A stretch of 64,000 nt of DNA, taken from contig CAVVHE010000006.1 of the NCBI GenBank assembly GCA_963748015.1, forward strand, positions 192,001-256,000. Reading direction: 5' to 3'. Position numbers and translations under genes: made by a program. Positions 18,702-28,110 of the stretch are shown here, piece after piece. The first letter of the stretch is position 1. Each line of letters starts with the position of its first letter. The notes under the pieces are model-generated. The model saw only the letters and a list, made by a program, of their open reading frames with translations. It was not told where the DNA came from and made no database searches. The DNA is from Terriglobia bacterium. Lineage in GTDB: Bacteria; Acidobacteriota; Polarisedimenticolia; Polarisedimenticolales; JAIQFR01.

Positions 18702-19685
18702 ATGCGGCTTCGAGATCGTCAAGGGCTTACGCGGGCCGCGGGAGTCCTGCTGCTCGCGTGGTGCCTGACCGCGGCGCTCGAGCCGTCGGTGCTCGGTGCC
18801 GGCGGGTCGGCGTGCGCTCGGTACTCCGTGCGCGGTGTCGTTCCCGGCATGACGCTCGCCGAGGTCCGGAAACGGCTGGGTGCGGGCGAGGCCACGGAGG
18901 TCGTCCGCGGGCCCGCCGGTCCCCAGAGCGGGGTGACCTACTCCAGGGACAACCTCGTCGTCTACGTCCTTTTCGACCTCGACATCTCGAAGAGCGCCGA
19001 TGCCGAGGTCGTCCTGGTGCGCGCGCGCCCCCGGGCGGGCGTCGCCGACCCGGTCGCGTTCGTCCGCTCGATCGTCCCCGATCTCGCCGAGCCGGCCCTG
19101 GGCCAGGAGCACCTCTCGGACGGTTTCACGCACGGCGCGACGGTCTGGGACGACGAGAGCTGCGGCGTCGAGGTCTCGGCGTATCGCGGACAGGCCGAGT
19201 GGTGGCAGCCGGGGAACGGAACCTTGTTCCTGCAGATCGCTTCGATCCGCTTCGCGGACGCGGAGGCCTCCAGGATGTCGGAGAGCTTCGCCCCGCTGGC
19301 CGTCGCCGGCGCGGCCTCGGCGCCGCAGTCGAAGCCTCCCGATGAGCTCAAGATGTCCCCCGAGGCCTCCGCGATGCCGCCCAACGCCGCGCCCGTCCCG
19401 GCCCCGGCGGATGTCCCGGAGCCGGTGCTGATTCCCGCGTCGTATGTCCCGCCCCGCTACCCGGACCTCGCCCGGAGAATGAACTTCCGGGGGAACGTCT
19501 CGCTGAGGGTCCAGGTGAAGAGCGACGGGACCGTCGGAGAGGTCGGCGTGCTCGAGGCGTCGCAGACGGGGATGGGTTTCGAGCAAGCCGCGATGGACGC
19601 CGTCAAGAAGTGGCGATACCAGCCGGCCACGAGAGGCGGCAAGCCCGAGGACGCGACCCTCACCGTCCGGCTGGTGTTCGAGTAG
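18702..19685 (+). CDS. TonB C-terminal domain protein with uncharacterised N-terminal domain
   Basis: Signal-like N-terminus, Pro-rich linker, PRYPDLARR..G.V...V..DG.V and AAMDAVKKWRYQPA; TATAAT upstream. Confidence 0.88.
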   Translation: MRLRDRQGLTRAAGVLLLAWCLTAALEPSVLGAGGSACARYSVRGVVPGMTLAEVRKRLGAGEATEVVRGPAGPQSGVTYSRDNLVVYVLFDLDISKSADAEVVLVRARPRAGVADPVAFVRSIVPDLAEPALGQEHLSDGFTHGATVWDDESCGVEVSAYRGQAEWWQPGNGTLFLQIASIRFADAEASRMSESFAPLAVAGAASAPQSKPPDELKMSPEASAMPPNAAPVPAPADVPEPVLIPASYVPPRYPDLARRMNFRGNVSLRVQVKSDGTVGEVGVLEASQTGMGFEQAAMDAVKKWRYQPATRGGKPEDATLTVRLVFE

Positions 19686-19802
19686 ACGCCGCCCCTCCCC
19701 GTGTCGTGCTTACACGGTGGTTCTTTCCTCGAGTCGATGCGGGGCGGGCCGGCGTGAACCCTAGGAAGGCCGTGGATGCCGCCCGAGTGCGGCCCGTCGC
19801 GG

Positions 19803-19819
19803 CCGGTACGTTTCTTGCT
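19803..19819 (+). promoter_or_regulatory. Candidate sigma54 (-24/-12) promoter upstream of bactofilin
   Basis: CCGGTACGTTTCTTGCT has GG(19805-06)-N10-GC(19817-18) with TTGC, close to TGGCAC-N5-TTGC. Confidence 0.45.
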
Positions 19820-19896
19820 GCGGTTTCCCGGGGGGGCGACGGCGCAAGTCCGCCCCAAGGCGTCACGCGAAGCGGCAAGAGGGGAGGCGAAGTCCT

Positions 19897-20391
19897 ATGT
19901 CCTGGATCGCCCAGAACACGAACACCGAACCCGAGCGTCCCGCTCCGGCGGCGGCCCCCGCGCCGCACTCGGCCGCGGCTCCGCTCGCGAATCCCCGCGG
20001 GGAGAGACCGGAGATGACCCAGATGGCGAACATCGGCAAATCGCTCCAGATCAAGGGCGAACTGAGCGGCAACGAGGATCTCACGATCGATGGGGCGGTG
20101 GAGGGGAAGATCCTCCTGAACGGTCACAACCTGGCGATCGGGCAGAGCGGCCGCGTCGTCGCCGAGGTGGGCGCCAAGACCGTCGTCGTGGGGGGCGATC
20201 TCAAGGGGAACATCACCGCCGAGGACAAGGTGGAGGTGTCGGCGACCGGGAGCATGAAGGGCGATATCCGCGCCCCCCGAGTCGTCCTGGCGGACGGCGC
20301 CCGCTTCAAGGGCAGCATCGACATGGGAGGCGAGGGCGCGGCGGCCCCGCGGCCCGCGGCCGCGGCGGCAGGGAAACCCCCTTCGGCCTAG
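19897..20391 (+). CDS. Bactofilin (polymer-forming cytoskeletal protein)
   Basis: IGKSLQIKGELSGNEDLTIDGAVEG...GDIRAPRVVLADGARFKGSIDM beta-helix pattern. Confidence 0.95.
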   Translation: MSWIAQNTNTEPERPAPAAAPAPHSAAAPLANPRGERPEMTQMANIGKSLQIKGELSGNEDLTIDGAVEGKILLNGHNLAIGQSGRVVAEVGAKTVVVGGDLKGNITAEDKVEVSATGSMKGDIRAPRVVLADGARFKGSIDMGGEGAAAPRPAAAAAGKPPSA

Positions 20392-20451
20392 CCGTCCATC
20401 CTGGCCATTCGCGGCCTTGACGCGGCAAGCGCGTGCCCCGAAACTAGGGTC

Positions 20452-21834
20452 GTGCCTCCGAAGCCCGCCTGCCGGCGATCTTCGCTGATCGGTCTCGGCC
20501 CGCTCGTCGCGGTGATGTATTTCACCGTCTCCGGCGGGCCCTACGGGCTCGAAGGGCTCGTCGGCGCGGTCGGGCCGGGCGTGGCCCTGCTGCTCCTCGT
20601 CGTCACGCCGATTCTCTACAGCCTGCCCGAGGCGCTTCTCGTCGGCGAACTGGCGTCCATGCTCCCCGCCGAAGGCGGGTACTACGTCTGGGTCCGCAGG
20701 GCGTTCGGTCGCTTCTGGGGCTTTTGGAACGGCTGGCTGTCGTGGATCTACTCGCTCCTCGACATGGCGATCTATCCCGTCCTGCTCATCCAGTACCTGC
20801 GCTTCTTCTTCCCCGACCTCACGACGATCGGCGCGTGGATGGTGGCGCTCGCGATGATCTGGGGAGCGACGTGGCTCAATCTCCGGGGAACGCGCGCCGT
20901 GGGGTTCGCTTCGGGCTGGCTGGCGGTCGCGGTGCTCGCGCCGTTCGCCGTGCTCACGGCGGTCGCGCTCACGCGGTGGCTCGGCGGCTCGACGGCGGCG
21001 ACGCTTCCGGTGACGCCCTTTCACGCCGCGGGGACGTCGTTCCTCGGCGCCCTCGGGATCGGCCTGTCGCAGTCGATCTGGAATTACAGCGGGTGGGACA
21101 ACGCCTCGACGATCGGCGGCGAGATCGACCGCCCCTCGTCGAACTACCCTCGCGCGCTGGCGCTCGCCCTCCCGCTCACGACCGGCATCTACCTGCTGGC
21201 GATCGTGCCGGTGCTCGCCGTGACCGGATGGGAGGCCTGGACCGACGGCGCGTGGCCCGCCCTCGCCAGCGCGCTCGCCGGGGGATGGCTGGGGACGTGG
21301 ATCGCGCTGGCGGGGATGGCGAGCGCGTTCGCCCTGTTCAACGCCCTCCTGCTCGTCTACTCGCGCGTCCCGCTGGTGCTGGCGCAGGACGGCCTGCTTC
21401 CCGAGATCCTCACCCGCACCGACGAGAGGGGCACGCCGCGGAACGCCGTCCTCGTCTCGGCCGCGGCTTACTCGGTCTTCGCCCTCGTGCCATTCGGCGG
21501 ACTGCTCGCGGGAGACGTGCTCCTCTACACCGCCGCCCTGTCCCTCGAGTTCGCGGCGCTCCTCAAGCTGCGCCGCTCGGAACCCGGCCTGCGCGGCGAT
21601 TTCCGGGTCCCCCTGGGCGTCCCGGCGCTCGCGGCGCTCGCGGCCCTTCCCGTCCTCCTGATCGTCGCGACCGTGCTCCTCGAGATCAGGAGCCGCGACA
21701 TCGGCTTGCCCGCCGTTCTCGGGTCGCTCGCCCTGGCCGCCGTCGGGCCCCTCGCGTACGCGCTGGCGCCGCCGCGCGCACCGGCGCTCGACGCGCTGCC
21801 GGAAGAGCAACCACCCCGGGGACCGGAGGCCTGA
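20452..21834 (+). CDS. APC family amino acid/polyamine permease
   Basis: VSGGPYGLE, ELASMLPAEGGYYVWV, WNYSGWD; about 12 TM helices. Confidence 0.92.
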   Translation: MPPKPACRRSSLIGLGPLVAVMYFTVSGGPYGLEGLVGAVGPGVALLLLVVTPILYSLPEALLVGELASMLPAEGGYYVWVRRAFGRFWGFWNGWLSWIYSLLDMAIYPVLLIQYLRFFFPDLTTIGAWMVALAMIWGATWLNLRGTRAVGFASGWLAVAVLAPFAVLTAVALTRWLGGSTAATLPVTPFHAAGTSFLGALGIGLSQSIWNYSGWDNASTIGGEIDRPSSNYPRALALALPLTTGIYLLAIVPVLAVTGWEAWTDGAWPALASALAGGWLGTWIALAGMASAFALFNALLLVYSRVPLVLAQDGLLPEILTRTDERGTPRNAVLVSAAAYSVFALVPFGGLLAGDVLLYTAALSLEFAALLKLRRSEPGLRGDFRVPLGVPALAALAALPVLLIVATVLLEIRSRDIGLPAVLGSLALAAVGPLAYALAPPRAPALDALPEEQPPRGPEA

Positions 21835-21836
21835 CC

Positions 21837-22757
21837 TCAGGCGGGCCCGTAGCGGGACAAGGCGACCGTCACGTTGTCGGGGGCGCCGCGCCCGAGCGCG
21901 ATCTCGACGAGGGAGCGGCACGCCGCCTCGGCGGACGTCGGCTCGGCGAGAATCGCCGCGATCTCTTCGTCGGCCGCCACGCCGTGGAGGCCGTCCGTGC
22001 ACAGCAGCACGGAGTCTCCCTCGGCGAGCTGGATTCGATGCACGTCGACGTCCGTGAGGGGCGCCCCCCCGCCGAGGACGTTCGTGAGCACGTTCCGGAG
22101 CCGGTGGGTCGCCGCTTCCTCGCGGGTCAGCAAGCCGGCCTCCACGAGCTTCTGCACCCGCGTGTGATCGCGCGTGAGTTGCCGCAGCGTTCCTTCCCGG
22201 AACAGGTAGGCGCGGGAGTCCCCTACGTGGGCCAGGAAGAGATCGAGGCCGATGCTGTACGTCAGGGTCAGGGTCGTTCCCATCCCGAAGAGGGAAGGGT
22301 CGATGCGCGAGCGCTCCGCGAGGAGCGAATCGAGGCTCCGGTACCGGCTGACGTTGCGCTCCTGGATCTTCTGCGCGCTCTGATCGTCCACCTTCAGGAC
22401 CCAGTCGGGGGTATCGAACAGGAGGTGGAAGAAGACGATGAGCACCGTCCGGCTCGCGATCTCGCCCCCGGCGTGGCCGCCCATCCCGTCGGCGACGGCC
22501 GCGACGTACCCCGCCTCCTCGAGGCGACCCGGGATCTCGCCGGCCGGCAGGCTCGTCGCGATCATCTGCGAGAATCGCCCCAGGCGTCCGAGGTAGAAGT
22601 GATCCTGGTTCTCCGAGCGCACCTTGCCGCGATCGGACAGCCCGAAGGAATCCACCCGGACCGCCACCGCCGGATTGCTGGGCGGCCCCGCCCTGTGGCC
22701 CAGCGCCGTCGCGCGCAGGGCCGGGGGCAAGGTGTCTCGATCGGTCGACTCCGGCAT
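21837..22757 (-). CDS. PP2C (Stp1/PrpC-like) Ser/Thr phosphatase
   Basis: SDRGKVRSENQD, VADGMGGHAGGEIAS, GMGTT, HVGDSRAY, LLCTDGL, DNVT. Confidence 0.95.
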   Translation of the reverse strand: MPESTDRDTLPPALRATALGHRAGPPSNPAVAVRVDSFGLSDRGKVRSENQDHFYLGRLGRFSQMIATSLPAGEIPGRLEEAGYVAAVADGMGGHAGGEIASRTVLIVFFHLLFDTPDWVLKVDDQSAQKIQERNVSRYRSLDSLLAERSRIDPSLFGMGTTLTLTYSIGLDLFLAHVGDSRAYLFREGTLRQLTRDHTRVQKLVEAGLLTREEAATHRLRNVLTNVLGGGAPLTDVDVHRIQLAEGDSVLLCTDGLHGVAADEEIAAILAEPTSAEAACRSLVEIALGRGAPDNVTVALSRYGPA

Positions 22758-22857
22758 GTCCCAAGGTTACCACGGGGGGGCCCTGCCCGGTGAGGGCGAG
22801 GCGGCCGGTCGGCCGGGCTTCCTTTCCCGCGCGGGCGGCACCCTTTATACTGGTCGG

Positions 22858-25578
22858 ATGGCGAACTCGATTGCTCCAGGTGCACGTCTCGGGACGTACG
22901 AGATCTTAGAGAAGATCGGCGCCGGCGGGATGGGGGAGGTGTGGCGGGCCCGGGACACCTCGCTCGACCGCGAGGTCGCGCTCAAGTTCCTGCCGCCGGG
23001 GCTCGCGGCCGACCCGGACAGGCTCCAGCGCTTCGAGCGCGAGGCCAAGGTCCTGGCCTCGCTGAACCACCCGAACATCGCGGCGATCTTCGGGCTCCAC
23101 GAGATCGGCCCTTCGACCCTTTCGACGAGCTCAGGGCAAGCAGGCTCAGGGCAGGCGGTGCGCTTCCTCGCGATGGAGTACGTGCCGGGCGAGGACCTCG
23201 CGCAGCGCATCGCGCGCGGACCGCTCCCGGTGGACGAGGCCCTCGAGGTCGCCCGCAGGATCGCCGAGGCGATGGAGGCCGCCCACGACCAGGGGATCGT
23301 GCACCGCGACCTCAAGCCCGCGAACGTGAAGCTGATGCCGGACGGGGGGGTCAAGGTCCTCGACTTCGGCCTCGCGAAGGCGCTCGATCCGCTCGCGTCG
23401 GCTGGCGCCGCCCCCTCCGATCCCACGAGGTCGCCGACGGTCACGTCGCTCGGGACGCTCGTCGGCGTCGTGCTCGGCACCGCGGCGTACATGAGCCCCG
23501 AGCAGGCGAAGGGCAAGCCGGTGGACCGCAGGACCGACATCTGGGCCTTCGGCTGCATCCTCCACGAGATGCTCACCGGCCGGTTCCTCTTCCAGGGGGA
23601 GACGATCTCGGAGGTCCTGGCGGCGGTCATCATGGCGCCGATCGCGCTGGACGACTTGCCGCCGTCGCTGCCCCCGCGGGTGCGCCACCTCGTGCGCCGT
23701 TGCCTCGAGAGGGACACGCGCCGGCGCCTGCGGGACATCGGGGAAGCCCGCCTCCTTCTCGAGGACGTGCTGTCGGGCGCGCCCGAGCAGGCCGGCTCGC
23801 AACCCGTGGCGCCGGCTCCCGCGGCGCCGCCGCGCGCGCCGTGGCTCTTCCCCGCTGCGATCGTCGCTGTCGCGGCGGTCGCGGCGCTCGCGACCGTGGG
23901 CGCTACCCGGTTCTTGAGCCCCACCGCCGCCAAGCCCGAGCTGCGGCGCTTCGAGATCGCGGCCCACGGGCCGTTCAAGTCGGGGAGCGGGAGCCGACTC
24001 ATCGCGATCTCTCCCGACGGGAGGACGATCGCCTACGGCGAGGCGGGCAAGCTGTTCGTCCGGCGGCTGTCCCGAATCGAGCCGACCGCGATCGCCACCG
24101 CGGGGGAGCCGCAGGTGCTCTTCTGGTCCCCCGACAGCGCGTACCTCGGTTACGTGGCGGGAGGAAAGATCTGGAAGGTCCCGGGCGCCGGTGGCGAGAG
24201 CACGTTGATCTCCGACGTACGGCACCAGATGACCGGGGGCAGCAGCGCCACTTGGTGCCCGGACGGGAAGATCGTGCTGGGAACGGGGGACGGCCCCCTG
24301 CTTCGCGTCCCCTCGCACGGCGGCGACCTCGAGGAGTTCATCCCGCTCGAGGCGGGCAAGGAGGCCGACATCCACGACGCGAGCTGCCTTCCCGACGGGA
24401 GCCTGCTGTTCGTGCCCCACCTGACCGGCGGCCGCCCGAGCGTCCTCGCGATCTTCGCCGACGGACGTCGGAAGGACCTCTTCAAGCTGCCTCCGGACCA
24501 GACGCTCGCGTTCCCTGTGTATTCCCGGTACGGCCACATCCTCTTCCGGCGCCAGCCCGCGAACGCCGGGGTCTGGGCGCTGCCGTTCTCCCTCTCGCGG
24601 CACGAGGTCACGGGCGAGCCGTTCATGGTCGCCCCGGATGGCGACGCACCGAGCGTCTCCGACGACGGCACGCTGGTGCACGTGCGGTCGGGCGGATCGC
24701 GGATGACGCAGCTCGCCTGGGCGGATCGCACCGGCAGGATCCTCGCCCCGATCGGGGCGGCGCAGGAGCAGTGGCCTTTTCCGGAGCTATCCCCCGACGG
24801 CAAGCGCCTCGCCATCGCCGCGAAGGAGAACGACGTCAACGACGTCTGGATTCACGACGTGGAGCGCGGCACCAGAACCCGTCTCGACGTCTCGCGCGTG
24901 GACTACAGCGTCGAGGCCTGGTCGCCCGACGGCCGGACGATCGTCTTCACCGAGGGAACCGCCGCGCCTCTCAAGGCCTTCGTGAAGAACTCGGACGGCA
25001 GCGGAGAGGCGAGGGAGCTGGGCACGGGCTGGGCCGCGTCGTACTCGATGGATGGGCGTTATCTCCTCTATTCGGACTACGACACCAAGACGGCCTGGGA
25101 CATCTGGTACAGGGACTCCAAGGGGGACGGCAAGCCGGTTCTCTTCCTGAAAGAAGGCGCCGAGCAGGTGTGGCCCCGTCTTTCCCCGGACGGGCGATAC
25201 GTCGCCTACGCCTCCGACGAGAGCGGCAAGGACGAGGTCTATGTCAAGCGCTTCCCCGGAGGCGAGGGGAAGTGGCAGGTCTCCTCCGGCGGCGGCAAGT
25301 GGCCGCGCTGGAGCCGCCGCGGCGACCGCCTGTACTACGCCCGGGAGGACACGCTGGTGGAGGTGGACGTGGCGACCGGGAACGACCTGCGACTCGGCGC
25401 GCCCCGGGACCTGTTCAAGCGCAAGCCGCTGGGGTGGAGCCTGATCTTCGGCTGGCCCGCCGGCTTCGACGTGTCGGCCGACGGCCAGCGGTTCGTCGTC
25501 GCCGAGCCGGTCAGCTCCAAGGCGGACCTCGGCGGGATCGTCCTGGTGGAGAGCTGGTACCGCGAGTTCGCGAAGTAA
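22858..25578 (+). CDS. Hanks-type Ser/Thr protein kinase with TM segment and PD40 beta-propellers; carries a 16-aa repeat-derived insert
   Basis: GAGGMG, HRDLKPAN, DFGLAK, GTAAYMSPEQ, SPDG repeats; TATACT 6 nt before ATG 22858. Confidence 0.95.
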   Translation: MANSIAPGARLGTYEILEKIGAGGMGEVWRARDTSLDREVALKFLPPGLAADPDRLQRFEREAKVLASLNHPNIAAIFGLHEIGPSTLSTSSGQAGSGQAVRFLAMEYVPGEDLAQRIARGPLPVDEALEVARRIAEAMEAAHDQGIVHRDLKPANVKLMPDGGVKVLDFGLAKALDPLASAGAAPSDPTRSPTVTSLGTLVGVVLGTAAYMSPEQAKGKPVDRRTDIWAFGCILHEMLTGRFLFQGETISEVLAAVIMAPIALDDLPPSLPPRVRHLVRRCLERDTRRRLRDIGEARLLLEDVLSGAPEQAGSQPVAPAPAAPPRAPWLFPAAIVAVAAVAALATVGATRFLSPTAAKPELRRFEIAAHGPFKSGSGSRLIAISPDGRTIAYGEAGKLFVRRLSRIEPTAIATAGEPQVLFWSPDSAYLGYVAGGKIWKVPGAGGESTLISDVRHQMTGGSSATWCPDGKIVLGTGDGPLLRVPSHGGDLEEFIPLEAGKEADIHDASCLPDGSLLFVPHLTGGRPSVLAIFADGRRKDLFKLPPDQTLAFPVYSRYGHILFRRQPANAGVWALPFSLSRHEVTGEPFMVAPDGDAPSVSDDGTLVHVRSGGSRMTQLAWADRTGRILAPIGAAQEQWPFPELSPDGKRLAIAAKENDVNDVWIHDVERGTRTRLDVSRVDYSVEAWSPDGRTIVFTEGTAAPLKAFVKNSDGSGEARELGTGWAASYSMDGRYLLYSDYDTKTAWDIWYRDSKGDGKPVLFLKEGAEQVWPRLSPDGRYVAYASDESGKDEVYVKRFPGGEGKWQVSSGGGKWPRWSRRGDRLYYAREDTLVEVDVATGNDLRLGAPRDLFKRKPLGWSLIFGWPAGFDVSADGQRFVVAEPVSSKADLGGIVLVESWYREFAK
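23109..23156 (+). repeat. Two nested 24-bp REP-like units inside the kinase CDS
   Basis: The outer unit CCCTTCGAC|AGGCTCAGGGCAGGC is interrupted by the inner unit CCTTTCGACGAGCTCAGGGCAAGC (23118-23141); the two are 20/24 identical. Confidence 0.8.
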
Positions 25579-25620
25579 GAGCGCCGGCGCGGCTCGGCCG
25601 CCGCGCTCGCGCCCCGAGTC

Positions 25621-25824
25621 TCAGGGCTCGTCCGGCGGTGGCGGCGTGTCGCCCTCGTCGCTGTAGCCGGCGGCATCGGGGTCCGTATCGCCTGGAGTCT
25701 CCGAAGCGTCCTCGGGCTTGCCTGCTCGGGCTTCCGCGCGGCGGGCCCGCTTCAGCTTCTGCCGGTCCTGCCTGGCCAGCTCTTTCTGCCTCTTCTCGAA
25801 CTTCGCTCGGGATTTCTGTGCCAA
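25621..25824 (-). CDS. Small basic hypothetical protein with acidic/Pro tail
   Basis: TTG start with GGAGG RBS; helical KFEKRQKELARQDRQKLKRARR. Confidence 0.7.
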   Translation of the reverse strand: MAQKSRAKFEKRQKELARQDRQKLKRARRAEARAGKPEDASETPGDTDPDAAGYSDEGDTPPPPDEP

Positions 25825-25873
25825 GGTTCAGCCCTCCGCTTGGAGCACGTTACCATTCCGGATCGTCGCCGCC

Positions 25874-26782
25874 TCAGGCCTTCTTGATGACGACGAAAGT
25901 GACGTCGTCCTTCGGGGCACCCCAGGCCGCCAGGCTCCCCTCGATCCGCTCCGCGATCTCCCGCGCGGTCAGGTCTCTGGCTTCTCGGAGGCAACGCTCG
26001 AGCTCGCCCGGGAAATACTCGCCGTCGCCGTGGTCGGATAGGCCGTCGGTGTGCAGGACCAGGATGTCTCCCGTTCCGAGCAGGTTGATCTCGTTGACCG
26101 TGTAGCGCTTCTTGTAGTCGAAGAGGCCCCCGCCGCGCGGGGTGTCCAGGTCGCTCGCCGACGGCAGGACGCCGATCGGCTGGTACGAGATCGTCCGGTC
26201 CTCGCTGATCTTCATGATCTTCCCGAACTCGCGGGAGAAGACCACCGGGGCCGGATGCCCGGCGGAGATGAAGCGGAACTGCCCCTCGCTCGAGATCTCG
26301 CCGTACATCGCGGTGAGGTACTTGTTGACGGTCGTGGACTCGTAGAACCGGGCGTTGATGTTCTCGAAGATCCTGGTCGTGATGGTCCCGTGGCGGTCCA
26401 GCTCGTAGTACGAGCCCAGGAGGAACGCCTGGTGCAGCATCGCCACGAGGAGGGCGTCGGTGAGCCGGTGCCCCGCCGCGTCCGCCAGGAGGATACCCGC
26501 GCGCTGCTTGTTGAGCCGGAGCTGCTCGACGACCTCGGCGCGGCCCGCGGCCTCCGCCCACGAGATCCGGGCATCGAGGTCGTACCGCCTCCGGTAGTCG
26601 ATGTAGACGATGTGGTCCCCTCCGACGATGCCGTTCAGGGGAAGGGACCGTCCGTGAATGTCCACGCCCGCGAGCTCCGGGACGGAGCCGGGCTCGGGCC
26701 TGAGGAACTTGGCGATTTCCTGGAAATTCTCCATCTCGTCGACGAGGGCGCTCCACCCTCCTTCGGCCGTCTCTCGAACCAT
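25874..26782 (-). CDS. Stand-alone SpoIIE/RsbU-type PP2C phosphatase
   Basis: VGGDH, ADAAGH, SAGHPAP, HTDGL, DDVTFVVIK; GGAGG RBS; no sensor domain. Confidence 0.88.
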   Translation of the reverse strand: MVRETAEGGWSALVDEMENFQEIAKFLRPEPGSVPELAGVDIHGRSLPLNGIVGGDHIVYIDYRRRYDLDARISWAEAAGRAEVVEQLRLNKQRAGILLADAAGHRLTDALLVAMLHQAFLLGSYYELDRHGTITTRIFENINARFYESTTVNKYLTAMYGEISSEGQFRFISAGHPAPVVFSREFGKIMKISEDRTISYQPIGVLPSASDLDTPRGGGLFDYKKRYTVNEINLLGTGDILVLHTDGLSDHGDGEYFPGELERCLREARDLTAREIAERIEGSLAAWGAPKDDVTFVVIKKA

Positions 26783-26886
26783 GCCTCCGTCACCTCCGGG
26801 CTTTGGCGGGCGATGCCGACATCCGGACGTCGCGCCCGCCTGCCAAGGTATCAGAAGGTCGATGGACGGGGATAGGGAGGCCGGCC

Positions 26887-27837
26887 TCATCGCCGCGACG
26901 CCGGCCGGGGATTCCCGACCCGGCGGCGCTTTCCTCGCGGGCCCGGTTTCGACGGGACGGCTTGGGGCGCATCGGCCTTCGATTCCTCCTCGAAGTGAAT
27001 CGGATCCCTCAGGTTCTGCAGGGCACGGTAGTAGTACAGCTTGTTCGGCCGCCTGTCGCGGAACCGTTGTTGCCCGAGGAGCCGGATCTCCTCTTCCGTA
27101 GCCTGGCCGCGGAGCGGCGGATCCCGAAGGAGCTCGGCGAGGCCGAGCTCGTGGTCCCCTCCGTCGTCCGGCTCGCCCTCGACGAAGCCGAATATCCGGT
27201 GGGGTCTCTCGACGAGCGTGCGGTCGAGGAGGATCTCGAGACGGAACGTCTCGAGATCCACGCTCCAGGACACCACGAGCGGGTCGAGGAAGTTCACGCA
27301 GCTCTGCCGGGAGACGCGAGAGACGTCCGCGTCGAGGAACTCGAGCACCATCACCCGCATCGCGGTCCTGCTGCGCCTGCCCAAGCGCGCGGCCAGCCGG
27401 TTCCAGCTCTCGTCGTCGAGCTCCCGGCGGGCGATGCGCTGGACGGTCTCGAGCATCTTCCGGGCGACGAGCCCCTCGAGCGTCCCGAAAGGACGAGAGT
27501 CGAAGATCCCACGAATCTCGGCCCGCTGCCCGGGGGCGCACTTCCGCAGCAGCAGCTCGCGAAATTCCCCGAAGAGCGGCGCGGCGTTCCGGTGGAGCCT
27601 TCGCTCGAGCTCGAGGGCGCGCTCGACCTCCGCGAGGCGGCCAAGCTCTCCGGGCTCGAGCTCGAGGAAGGCCTCCATCTTCGGGTAGATGTCGGTTCGT
27701 TCGCGCCCGGGCGGCGCCCGCCTGCGCGTGAGCAGCTGCGAAATGTACGAGTCGGTCACCCCGGCGGCCCTCGCGAGATCCTTCTGCCCCCGGCCCAGCT
27801 TCGCCAGGCGGGATCTCACCACGGAAGCGAGATTCAT
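26887..27837 (-). CDS. XRE-family HTH regulator with large uncharacterised C-terminal domain
   Basis: QKDLARAAGVTDSYISQLLTRRR HTH at the N-terminus; 316 aa. Confidence 0.85.
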   Translation of the reverse strand: MNLASVVRSRLAKLGRGQKDLARAAGVTDSYISQLLTRRRAPPGRERTDIYPKMEAFLELEPGELGRLAEVERALELERRLHRNAAPLFGEFRELLLRKCAPGQRAEIRGIFDSRPFGTLEGLVARKMLETVQRIARRELDDESWNRLAARLGRRSRTAMRVMVLEFLDADVSRVSRQSCVNFLDPLVVSWSVDLETFRLEILLDRTLVERPHRIFGFVEGEPDDGGDHELGLAELLRDPPLRGQATEEEIRLLGQQRFRDRRPNKLYYYRALQNLRDPIHFEEESKADAPQAVPSKPGPRGKRRRVGNPRPASRR

Positions 27838-28110
27838 GTTCCTGCCCCCGGAATTAACTGAAAACAATTACATTCGGGCCGGTTCTAATCCGCAACGTAG
27901 GACGATCTTAACAAAAAATGGTAAACTGAGCCCGTGTTCGATCCACCGCGGTCGAAACCGGAGAGCGCGGCGGGGTTCCGGGCGCTCCTGACCCTTCACG
28001 CGCTTCCCTCGCGGGACGCGCGCTGCTCGAGTCCCGGACACCGGCCCGGCCGCTTGCCTTGCGGGCGTGGCGAGGTGCTGGTCTTCAAGGCGGGGACGAG
28101 GTTCCATCCC

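Noticed and set aside
19660..26105. 1037-aa (19660..22773, -) and 1054-aa (22941..26105, +) ORFs
   Set aside because: Stop-poor alternative frames of high-GC genes; they overlap well-supported CDSs and have no domain signal.
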